From Vibrio alginolyticus NBRC 15630 = ATCC 17749 (GTDB lineage Bacteria > Pseudomonadota > Gammaproteobacteria > Enterobacterales > Vibrionaceae): DNA of 32,000 nucleotides. Numbering within the stretch: the first letter of the stretch is position 1; each line of letters begins with the position of its first letter. The stretch spans positions 930,001 through 962,000 of the forward strand of contig NC_022359.1 in the NCBI RefSeq assembly GCF_000354175.2, given 5' to 3'. Positions 8,335 to 19,000 of this stretch are shown here, piece by piece. The notes beneath the pieces are model-generated. The model saw only the letters and a program-made list of their open reading frames with translations, did no database searches and had not been told where the DNA came from. Position numbers and translations under genes: made by a program.

Positions 8335-9289
8335 TTTCGATATGCAGCAAAAATACGTCGTTTTTACAGGAAGTTGTTACGCCTTGCCCATCATTCAGTT
8401 GTTGGCACAACAACATAAATTGGCGGGCGTGGTAGTACCGGAAGGAGAACTAAATCCAGACTTACAGCAGCTACAGAGCTATCTGAGCGCTCAATCGATT
8501 CATATTGCTCAGTATACCGCCAATGATAGCAGTGCTTTGATAGCGCAACTCGATGCTTGGCGAGTCACGGATGGCGTCATCTATTTGTTCAGGCACATAG
8601 TTCATTCCTCGCTGTGTCAGTTTTTCAACGGAAACTTGTACAACATTCATCCGGGAAAGCTGCCCGAGTATCGAGGCCCGATGCCTCTCTATTGGCAATT
8701 AAGAGACGGTTTAGACACCTTTAGCCTCACCCTGCATCGTCTTGAGGCATCGGCTGATTCCGGCGCTATAGGAATGGAGTTAGAGGTACCATTTCACCCG
8801 TTTGAGACCTTAACCAGTGCTCAGAAAAAAGCGTCACAAATGACGGCTAAGCTGATGTATGACTTCCTCATCGCGCAACAAAAGCAAGGGCTGGTTTGGT
8901 GTGAACAAGTATCAAACCCCAACGAAGTAGCACGAGCAGTAAACCAACATGATCTGCACATTCGTTGGAACGTGCAAACGAGTCGCGAAATCGTCAACTT
9001 AGTGCGAGCAGGCAATCATGACTTCGGTGGTGCGATGTTGAGCTTGCCAAGTGGTGTCGCCAATGTTTTGCAAGCAAGCGCAATGGAGACTTCTTTAGTC
9101 GGTGTTGAGGCGGGGAGCATTCTCGAGATCAGCCCACAACATGGGTTACAAGTGAAAACGTTAGATAGCGCCATATCAATAGATGTTATTGCTACACCGC
9201 AAGGCGTGTTTTCGGGTTATCGCTATGCGCAAATGGCTGGGCTAGATGCTGGGATGTCATTGCTCCAGCACGCTTCAACTTGTGAGTAA
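8327..9289 (+). CDS. formyltransferase-family protein (Fmt/ArnA-N/PurN-like catalytic domain plus C-terminal domain)
   Basis: Signature YNIHPGKLPEYRGPMPLYWQLRDG (8642-8710) contains the catalytic Asn and His. The Asp candidate is in LEASADSGAIG. The N-terminus MQQKYVVFTGS...LLAQQHKLAGVVVPE resembles the Fmt N-terminal Rossmann start. Start options are TTG 8315 (track), ATG 8327 (overlaps the upstream stop as ATGGATGA) and ATG 8342. I favour 8327 or 8342. Confidence 0.8.
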   Translation: MDDFDMQQKYVVFTGSCYALPIIQLLAQQHKLAGVVVPEGELNPDLQQLQSYLSAQSIHIAQYTANDSSALIAQLDAWRVTDGVIYLFRHIVHSSLCQFFNGNLYNIHPGKLPEYRGPMPLYWQLRDGLDTFSLTLHRLEASADSGAIGMELEVPFHPFETLTSAQKKASQMTAKLMYDFLIAQQKQGLVWCEQVSNPNEVARAVNQHDLHIRWNVQTSREIVNLVRAGNHDFGGAMLSLPSGVANVLQASAMETSLVGVEAGSILEISPQHGLQVKTLDSAISIDVIATPQGVFSGYRYAQMAGLDAGMSLLQHASTCE

Positions 9290-9435
9290 ATAAATATCTC
9301 AATACGGTGCTTTGCGGCAGTGATGAAGCCCGTAACGGTATTTAGTAATGCGAGATTGGAAAGTTTTAACCAACCACACCAATTTCGTTATGAGCTGGTT
9401 TTAACTTAAGTGTATACGTTGAAAGGAAGAACAGT

Positions 9436-10050
9436 ATGGCTACAGAACCGTATCTTGGGGCACTAACCGCATTTGGTGGCAATTTTGCAATTAGAAATTG
9501 GGCAATGTGCTCGGGGCAAATGCAGGCAATTGAAGATAATCCAGCGCTCTTCTCTCTAGTTAGCACTCTATACGGAGGTGACGCCCGAACTACCTTTGGT
9601 TTACCTGATTTGCGTGGCCGCAGTCCAGTTGGTGTAGGCACACGACCTGGGGGGATGGATTATCATCAGGGAGAAAGATTGGGTACTGAACTGGTAACTA
9701 TTGATATAACTCAAATGCCAGCACACTTACATACGGCAATTTTTACCCCTCTTGGCACTTCTGCAACTGTAACAGGCAGGATGCAGGTTGCTACCAATGC
9801 TGCAAATACACAGGTACCCGATAGTAATTCGTATATAGCGCAAAACTCTACCCCCGGGTTCTATAAACCGACGTTTCAGCAACCAGATTTGACCGAGATC
9901 GAAGGCTTAAGTGTGTCTGGTAGTGGCTCGGGCGGAGGTACTGTAACTGTGACTGAAACAGGCGGTTCAATGCCACTTAATATTTTGAGCCCGGTATTGC
10001 CGATTAATTGGTTAATTGCCACTGCGGGAGTATACCCACCGCACAGCTAA
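9436..10050 (+). CDS. phage tail collar domain protein (MdpB / microcystin-dependent-protein type)
   Basis: 204-aa ORF with GAAAGGAAG RBS. The N-terminal ~65 aa, EPYLGALTAFGGNFAIRNWAMCSGQMQAIEDNPALFSLVSTLYGGDARTTFGLPDLRGRSPVGVG, match the tail-collar consensus (EP[FY][IL]G..-F.GNFAP.GW..C.GQ...I..N.ALFSL.G..YGGDG.T.F.LPDLRGR). Gly-rich middle, and a typical C-terminus GGSMPLNILSPVLPINWLIATAGVYPP. No signal peptide. Confidence 0.85.
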   Translation: MATEPYLGALTAFGGNFAIRNWAMCSGQMQAIEDNPALFSLVSTLYGGDARTTFGLPDLRGRSPVGVGTRPGGMDYHQGERLGTELVTIDITQMPAHLHTAIFTPLGTSATVTGRMQVATNAANTQVPDSNSYIAQNSTPGFYKPTFQQPDLTEIEGLSVSGSGSGGGTVTVTETGGSMPLNILSPVLPINWLIATAGVYPPHS

Positions 10051-10169
10051 TCAACCAAGAAAGAATTGGCTGAATCTTTAGCTAATCCTTTCCTATAAAA
10101 AATTAAATATTTAAGTTGATTATGATAACCCGGCCATGTTGATAAGGCCGTCATCTTCAGGAGAGGAAA

Positions 10170-11654
10170 ATGAGATTACATCGTCAGGTTGCGATCGCAA
10201 TTACAACAGCATGGGTGTTCTCAGCGTTTTTTTCCGGTGGAGCCTGGGCTGCACAGCAAACGATTAACTACTCTAATGGTTCAGGTTCCAATTTTAGTGA
10301 GGTGGAGACCGGCGTCACAGGGGGTATGCCCTCAGTCACTCTTACCAATGCAGGTACTGTATCTATGGTATTAGATGCGGGCACTAGCTCGGATGGCACT
10401 CCGTTTACTGGCCTAAATGACCTCGGATTTGTAGCTGGTGTTCTTTACTCAAATACCATGATTAATGAGTTCAACAATCGTGGCTTCCGCTTTTTTGAGA
10501 AATCAAGTACTAACTTCAGTTTCGACGAAATTACCTTTATGCAGGGGTCGGCCCGAGACTCAGATAAAACGTATCAACTTGTGTTAACTGGCTTCTCTAA
10601 TGATACTCAAACAGTGACCGAAACTGTCACCTTGCCAAAAGGTGGTGAAGCAAACTCAGGGTTACAGGACTTGTTTACCCTGACCCGTGGTACAGATTTT
10701 AATGATTCGGCATGGCAGGACGTTGATACAGTGACTATGGCGTTTACCCGAAGTCCGGGTGCTGACTCTCGTTATCTTATCAGAAGTATCAAGATTGATG
10801 ACGCTGCGGTTTCAGACTCTACCGCGCCTACTTTTGTCAGTGCGAGCTCAACTCCCACTGATGATGCAACCAATGTTTCTGTTAGCAACAACATCGAGAT
10901 TGCCTTCGATGAAAATATTGAGCTGAAGAGCGGCAATATTACCATTCGTAATGTTACCGACAGTCGCGACTTTGAAGTATTTAATGTTGCCACTGAAAGC
11001 GATGGCACAACAACATCACCAGGCGCTGGTCGCATCAGTGTTACCAACAATAAAGTTTACTTAAACCCAACCAGTGATCTGGCAGGGAACCGGACCTACG
11101 CCATTCATATTGAATCCAGTGCCGTGGCTGACAGCGCAAATAATAGCTTCGCTGGGATCATCGATGATGCCACATTTAACTTTACGACAGTCGATACCAC
11201 GCCAAATGCGCCATCTACACCCGATTTAGATGCTAGTTCGGATACCGGGCCATTAAATACTGATAATATTACCAGTGACACTACACCAACGTTTAGTGGG
11301 ACTTCTGAGAGTGGATCGATCGTTACTTTATACAGTGATCAAGTCGGTGGAGGTGCAACGGTTATTGGCACAGGCACTGCTACTGGAGGAAACTGGCAGA
11401 TAACAACCAATGAGTTGGCGTCTGGTATTACACATGCAATAAGTGCTAAAGCGTCTGATAGCGATGATAATGTTAGCTCGGCATCCAACGCGTTAAGTGT
11501 CACCATTGATACAATAGCACCATCCGTAGTGAGCATTACCACGCCGATTGAGGCTGACAGTATCGTCAACGCTGCAGAAGACAACGATGTGTTGATCGCT
11601 GGCTCCGGCGCGGAAGCAGGCAACAGCGTGACCGTGACTATCACGAGACAATAA
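10170..11654 (+). CDS. adhesin N-terminal segment (signal peptide, unassigned domain, SbsA/Big_5-like and Ig-like domains) up to the frameshift
   Basis: AGGAGAGG RBS. Sec signal peptide [27 protein letters not shown]|AQQ. Ig-like modules follow ([33 protein letters not shown]..., [19 protein letters not shown]...). Premature stop at 11652-11654 caused by the extra A at 11646. Confidence 0.8.
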   Translation: MRLHRQVAIAITTAWVFSAFFSGGAWAAQQTINYSNGSGSNFSEVETGVTGGMPSVTLTNAGTVSMVLDAGTSSDGTPFTGLNDLGFVAGVLYSNTMINEFNNRGFRFFEKSSTNFSFDEITFMQGSARDSDKTYQLVLTGFSNDTQTVTETVTLPKGGEANSGLQDLFTLTRGTDFNDSAWQDVDTVTMAFTRSPGADSRYLIRSIKIDDAAVSDSTAPTFVSASSTPTDDATNVSVSNNIEIAFDENIELKSGNITIRNVTDSRDFEVFNVATESDGTTTSPGAGRISVTNNKVYLNPTSDLAGNRTYAIHIESSAVADSANNSFAGIIDDATFNFTTVDTTPNAPSTPDLDASSDTGPLNTDNITSDTTPTFSGTSESGSIVTLYSDQVGGGATVIGTGTATGGNWQITTNELASGITHAISAKASDSDDNVSSASNALSVTIDTIAPSVVSITTPIEADSIVNAAEDNDVLIAGSGAEAGNSVTVTITRQ

Positions 11655-13080
11655 CAGCTCTGTCAGTCGTACGGTGACGGCCGACAACTCAGGCAACTGG
11701 ACGCTGAGCGGCAGCGAGCTGGATGTCAGTGGCCTGAACAATGGCACCCTGACGGTGTCTGCAACCCAAGCAGATATAGCAGGTAATATCTCCACCGCAG
11801 CTAGCCAGAGTGTTACCCTAGACAATGCAGCCCCATCAGCAGTGACCATCACCACGCCGATTGAAACCGATGGTATTGTCAATGCGGCAGAAGACAACGA
11901 CGTACTGATTGCTGGCTCCGGCGCGGAAGTAGGCAACAGCGTGACCGTGACTATCACGGACAATAACAGTTCTGTCAGTCGTACGGTGACGGCCGATAAC
12001 TCAGGCAACTGGACGTTGAGCGGCAGTGAGCTTGATGTAAGTGCGTTTAACAACGGCACCCTGACTGTGTCTGCAACCCAAGCAGATATAGCAGGTAATA
12101 CTTCTACCGCAGCCACCCAGAGTATTACTCTGGACAATGCAGACCCATCTGTTGTAATCATCAATACGCCGATTGAAACTGATGGGGTCGTCAATGCGGC
12201 AGAAGACAACGACGTACTGATCGCTGGCTTCAGTGCGGAAGCAGGCAATAGCGTGACCGTGACTATCACGGACAATAACAGCTCTGTCAGCCGTACGGTG
12301 ACGGCCGACAACTCAGGCAGCTGGACGTTGAGCGGCAGTGAGCTTGATGTCAGTGGCTTGAACAACGGCACACTCATAGTTGCTGTGACGCAATCGGATA
12401 CGGCGGGTAATACCTCCAGAGTGACCACCCAGAGCATTACCTTAGATAACGCCGCACCATCAGCTGTGACCATCACTACACCGATTGAAACCGATGGTAT
12501 TGTTAATGCAGTGGAAGATAACGATGTGTTGATTGCTGGCTCCGGCGCGGAAGCAGGCAACAGCGTGACCGTGACTATCACGGATAACAACAGCTCTGTC
12601 AGTCGTACGGTGACGACCGACAACTCAGGCAACTGGACGTTGAGCGGCAGCGAGCTGGATATCAGTGGCTTGAGCAATGGCACCCTGACTGTGTCTGCAA
12701 CCCAAGCAGATATAGCAGGTAATATCTCCACCGTAGCCACCCAGAGCGTAACCCTAGATAACGCAGCGCCATCCGCTGTTACCATTTCCACGCCGATTGC
12801 AATCGACGGTATCGTCAATGCGGCAGAAGACAATGATGTGCTGATTGCTGGCTCCGGCGCGGAGGCTGGCAATAGTGTGACCGTGACCATCACGGACAAT
12901 AACAACTCAGTCAGTCGTACGGTGACGGCCGACAATACCGGGGCTTGGACGACTATTGGCAGTGAGTTTGATGTAAGTGCGTTTAACAACGGCACCCTGA
13001 CGGTCGCGGCGAGCCAGAGCGATGCGGCGGGCAACACCTCCAGTATAGATAGCACAACAATTACGTTAGATAACGTGAGG
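11520..13080 (+). repeat. 5 tandem copies of a 312-bp (104-aa) Ig-like coding repeat
   Basis: The equivalent CCA (Pro) codon recurs at 11520, 11833, 12145, 12457, 12769 and 13081. Spacing is exactly 312 bp, except 313 for copy 1, which carries the extra A. By eye the copies are identical at roughly nine positions in ten. Unit: [101 protein letters not shown]. Confidence 0.95.
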
Positions 13081-16000
13081 CCAACTGTTTCTTTGAGCAG
13101 CTCAGACCTTGATTTGATCTCTGGCGAAACGGCGAGTATCACGTTCACCTTAAGTGAGTCCTCAAGTGACTTTACTGAGTCAGATGTCACCGTCACTGGC
13201 GGCAGTTTGTCTAACTTTGCGAGCAGCGGTGACAATTACACGGCCACCTTTACGCCGGATAGAGACAGTACAAGTACAGCGACGATTAACGTGGCGGCAG
13301 ATTTCTTTACCGATGCTGCCGGGAATAGCAACACTGCTGCGCCTCAACTGTCTATAACCGTTGATAGTTTAGTGCCGAGTGTGACTATCTCCAGTGATAA
13401 ATTGGCGCTGAAAGCGGACGAAACGGCGACCATTACCTTTACCTTAAGTGAAGCGTCGAGCGATTTTACCGAGGCGGATATCACGGTTAGTGGCGGTACT
13501 TTGTCTGGTTTTGCTGGCAGTGGTAGCAGCTACACTGCGACCTTTACACCAACGGAAGAGAGTGCGACGAGCGGTACTATTGAAGTTGCCACAGGCACAT
13601 TTACCGATGCCTCTGGTAACACCAATAGTGCAGCTACACCACTTTCCATCAGCGTCGATACTGTGCTTCCAACCGTTAGTATCACTAGCTCTAGCGCTGC
13701 GTTGAAAGCGGGTGAAACGGCAACACTCACGTTTACCTTGAGTGAAGCCGCAACTGATTTTTCCGAAGCCGATGTGACCGTGGCTGGAGGAACTCTTTCT
13801 AACTTTGCGGGCAGTAGCGCCAGTTACACGGCTACCTTTACACCTGCAGAAGAAAGCACTGAGGATGCAACTATTGATGTTGCAGCCGAGAAATTTAGCG
13901 ACGCAGCTGGCAACCTCAATACAGCAGCGACTCAGTTGTTGATCTCAGTGGATACGGGGATCCCGACTGGACATAGCATCAGCATTGATCAGGAGAGCAT
14001 TAACAAAACCAACGAACAGGCGATGAGCTTTACCTTCGCAGCAGCTGAAGTGAACGCGATGTTCACTTATAGCGTGACCGACGGTACCACGACCATTGAC
14101 GGCGCTAGTCAAACAATTTCTTCGGAGACCATGCAAGTAACGGGCATTGACGTCACTATTTTGCAAGAGGGGACGTTGACAGTAAGCGTGGTGGTAACCG
14201 ATGCCGCAGGCAACGCATCTGATGCAGTGACGGATACTGTGACCAAACGCTACGATGTCGCGCCAACGGTAGTTGATGATAGCTTCTCGACTGAGGAAGA
14301 TACGGCGAAACAATTTAATCTGTTAGCCAACGATTCCGATGTTAATGATGACATGGTCGCTTCTTCTACAACGATTAAAACGCAACCAATTAAAGGTCAG
14401 GTGTCGATCAGCAACGGCGTTGTTACCTATACGCCAAATAATAATGAGACAGGCACAGATAGCTTTACCTATACCGTGAAAGATGCCCTGCTGCAGGAGT
14501 CGCAAGAGGCGACAGTGACCGTCACTATCATGGCTATAAATGATGCGCCAGTCGCTAAAGCGCTGACCATCAACACCGACGAAGATACCGCAAGCGCAGC
14601 AGTCAGCGCGCGTAGTCAAGCGGAGGATGTTGAAGATGGCATCCCAACGGGTGATTTATCGTTAGTTAGTTTGCCTCAAAAAGGACAAGTAGCCATTGAT
14701 CAAACTGTAGGCACTTTTGTATATACGCCGAATCCGAATGAAAATGGTAGCGATAGCTTTACTTACACGATCGCAGACAGTGAAGGCGGCGTTTCTCTTG
14801 CGGCCACGGTCAGCGTCAATATCGGTTCCGTCAATGACTCACCAGTAGCGGAGGAAGACAGTTTTACTTTTGATGAAGATATCACATCGACACTCGATAT
14901 TTTAAGTAACGACAGTGATATTGAAGATGGGTCATTCACCCCGAGTAGTATTACCCTGCAAGATCTTGGTCAAGGAGAGGGGGTATACAGTTTTGCCACG
15001 ATCAGTGTCAATGTCGATGGGACCTTAAAGATTGTGCCAACAGCGAACGTTAATGGTCAACATAGCTTTACCTACATGCTAACCGATAGTGGTCAAGCAG
15101 TCTCAGTGCCTGCAACCGTCACGCTCAATATTACGCCAGTGAATGATGCCCCCGTTGCTGTTGATAACAGTGCACAACTACTAGAGGGAGGCTCCTTCGA
15201 GGTCAATGTATTAGGCAATGATAGTGATGCCGATGTTGGAGACAGTTTTGAACTCACTAGTGTCACAGTCGTCGATACGCCAGCACATGGCAGTGTGAAC
15301 GTGACGGCGTCAGGAGCGATTGTTTACAACCCCAATGAGAACTACTTCGGTGAAGATAGCTTCACCTATACGGTGGCAGACTTAGCAGGTGCTGTATCTA
15401 ACGCCGCAACAGTGACCATGACAGTAACACCAGTCAACGACGCACCAATGGCGCAAGCACAGTCACAAACGCTTGATGAAGACAATAGTTTGGTGATCAC
15501 GCTGGTTGGTTCAGATATTGATAACGATGATGACACTCTGCAGTATCTTATCACTGAGCAAGTCAGTCATGGCGTGCTAGAGCAGTTGACCAATAATAGT
15601 TGGCGCTATACACCAGAAGCGGACTTCAATGGCTCCGACTTCTTCTTGTTCAAGGTCAACGACGGTGATCTCGACTCGACAGAGGTTCGTGTCGATTTGA
15701 CGGTTAATGCAGTCAACGATACACCAACCGCGACCGATATCAGTGCTACGGGAGAGGAAGAAATACCGCTGACCATTACTTTAAATGGTAACGATGCAGA
15801 AGGCTCATCTTTGAGCTATCAAATTGTAAAATCGCCAGTCAACGGTAATGTTACCGTCACAGGCAATCACGCGGTTTATACGGGTAACAGTAACTTCTTT
15901 GGTCAGGACAGTTTCACTTACAGCGTAAGTGACGGAGAACTTACCTCTGGAGTGGCGTTAGTGACCATCACGGTGAATAACGTTAATGACGCGCCAGTGA

Positions 16001-19000
16001 TTACGGGTACCCCATCGGCGCAAGTTGATGAAGATAGTGTGTATCAGTTTGTGCCCGCGGCATTGGACAATGACCCAGCGGATACTCTGACCTACTTGAT
16101 AGCTAACAAGCCACCTTGGGCTACATTTGACAAGACAACAGGAGCGCTTTCTGGCACGCCAAGTAACCGTTATGTGGGGACTTATCCAGGTATCGTGATT
16201 AGCGTATCCGATGGCACTATTTCTTCCTCATTGTCAGCTTTTTCGATTACTGTGAATAACGTTAACGATGCACCCGTTATCTCTGGTTCACCAGCAACAC
16301 AAGTGAATGAAGACAGCACCTATCTGTTCACGCCACAAGTGTCAGATGTTGACAGCCAAGCCTTCACCTTCAGTATCGTGAACAAGCCATCTTGGGCTAG
16401 CTTTGATGCATCAACAGGCACGCTTAGTGGTACACCAGATAATGGTGATGTTGGCAAATATCAGGGCATTGTTATCTCGGTTTCTGATGGTCTCACGACC
16501 ACAATGCTCAATAGATTCAGTATTGTGGTTAACAATGTCAATGACGCGCCAGTGATCAGTGGCACTCCTGCTCTTACCGTCAACGAAGGCAGTACGTACC
16601 GCTTTGCGCTGCAGGCATCGGATGTTGATAGTAGTAGCTTGAGCTTTTCAATCCGCAATAAACCATCATGGGCAACCTTTGATAGAGCAACTGGGTTGCT
16701 AAGTGGTACGCCGGAAAATGAGCATGTTGGCAGCACCAATAATATTGTTATTAGTGTCTCAGACGGTGAGCTAAGCACATCTTTAGCAGCGTTTAGCATC
16801 ACGGTAATCAACGTTAATGATGAGCCAGTGGCGGTTAATGATACCTATGTCTTTACCGAGAGTAACGATGGTAGCTACTTATTGGATGTACTCAGCAACG
16901 ACAGCGATGTTGATCTAGATACATTACAACTGGAATGGGTTAAACCTACATCTGGAACGGCAACGATTGTGGGCAGTCAAATCCAATTGGTAACGACCTC
17001 AATTGGTACAGTGGCAGTGCAATACAGTGTGAAAGATGGTAACGGTGGAAAGGCCACCGCGAAAGCAATCGTGACAATTAAAAGTGCGAAATTGGACGCA
17101 CCAACAATAGCCGCACCTTCAGATATCGAAGTGAACGCAACTTCGCTCTTTACTAAAGTTGCATTAGGCTCTGCTGTGGCACGAGATAGTACAGGCAAGC
17201 TATTACCTGTTTCATTGGTCGACAGCACGACCTTTTTCCGACCTGGAACTAATACGGTCTATTGGCGCACTCAAGACTCTGATGGAAACGTCGCTGAAGC
17301 TAGTCAAACGGTAACAGTGTATCCACTGATAAGTATCTCCAAAGATGCGCAAACCACGGAAGGCACCAATCATAGCGTATCGATACACCTTAACGGTCCT
17401 TCGCCGAGCTACCCAGTAATCATACCTTATACGGTTTCAGGAAGCACGGACAGTGATGACCACACGCTCACCTCTGGTGAAGTGGTGATACCTAGTGGTA
17501 CCGAAGGCAAACTTTCGTTCGAACTACTTAATGATGGACAAAATGAGGGCGTTGAAACCTTAGTGATTGATCTGGACAGCACCCTTAATCTAGGTAGTAA
17601 GCGTCGTTACACCTTGACAATCTTTGAAGAGAATGTGGCTCCGAAGGTCAAGGTAAGTGTATCTCAGGCGGGGGAGCAGCGGAGCCAAATTGAAAATGGT
17701 GTTGAACCGGTCACAATCACGAGCAGTGTTAGTGATGCCAATATGTCCGATATACACAGTTTCAGATGGAGTAGTGATAGCGATGTACTTAACCAAGCGA
17801 TTGCGGGGCAGATGTACAGCGAAACATTGACTTTCTCTCCGCAATTACTGAGTTCAGCGATTTACAATTTGCAATTGACAGTTACTGACAATGGCACTCC
17901 ACCATTATCAGTGACACGGAATGTCTATTTAGAAGTGGTACAAACATTGGCGGAGCTCGGGAGTGAAGACAGTGATGGCGACTTAATCCCGGATGATCAA
18001 GAAGGTCATAGTGATGGTGATGGTGATGGTATCCCTGATTATCTTGATGCAATTTCTGACTGTAACGTAATTCAACAGGTTGTGTCAGAAAAAGATCGCT
18101 TCCTCATTGAGGGGCAGCCAGGTGTCTGTTTACGCAAAGGAATAACCATTCTGACTAACGCAACAGGAGGAGCTTTATTGCTGGATGAGGAGCTTCCTAA
18201 AGATATCAACATGAAGAGCATAGGGGGAATCTTTGATTTTGTAGTAACTAATTTGCCGCTGCCCGGCCAAAGCTATCAATTAGTTTTGCCTCAGCGTTTA
18301 CCTGTTCCAGCAAATGCAGTGTACCGAAAGTATAACGCTGAACAGGGGTGGATAGACTTTATTGAGGATGCTCAAAACACGGTTTCTTCTAGTGCTGGCG
18401 AGGCTGGTTATTGTCCGCCACCAGGGCACAGTTCATGGTCACAGGGCCTGACTGAAGGTGACTGGTGTGTACAACTTACCATTGAAGACGGTGGTCCGAA
18501 CGATGATGACGGATTGGCTAATGGCAGTGTCGTTGACCCTGGCGTCGTTGCCGCTCGTGTAAGCAATAATACACTCCCTCAAGCGATTGACGACAATGCG
18601 TTTGTTAGTCTCAATGGTACGGTGACGATCGATGTATTGAGCAATGATGCTGATGCTGATGGTGATGGGCTGAAGGTAAGTCGCGCTTCTGTAGATATTG
18701 GTAGTGTTAGTGTGGTTGATAACAAACTAAGTTATGTCACTCAACCACAGTACTACGGGGAGGCTTTGATCACTTATAGCGTAACGGATGGTAATGGTGG
18801 AACGGGATCGGCGAAGGTGACGGTAAATGTGGTAAACAGTCAGAATCCGAATGCGGTGGACGATAATATTACCACCGATGATCGTACCCCTGTCACGGTT
18901 TATGTCCTTGCTAACGATACCGATCCGGATAACGACACATTGAAGTTGGTTTCAGTCCAAGCGCAGTATGGGCAGGCGGTCATGAATGCAGATCAGAGCG

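Noticed and set aside
11638-11654. Programmed +1 ribosomal frameshift joining the two adhesin ORFs
   Set aside because: The site (ACG AGA CAA TAA) has no slippery re-pairing sequence: tRNA-Thr on ACG cannot re-pair on CGA. No stimulatory SD or structure is evident. The paralogous repeat copies show the simple explanation, a 1-nt insertion.
11493-13235. 580-aa minus-strand ORF covering the adhesin tandem repeats
   Set aside because: It is itself a repeat of low-complexity Leu/Ser/Val/Thr-rich sequence that mirrors the 312-bp period. It lies exactly antisense to a strongly supported coding frame and has no RBS or recognisable motif. It is a stop-free shadow frame of GC-rich repeats.
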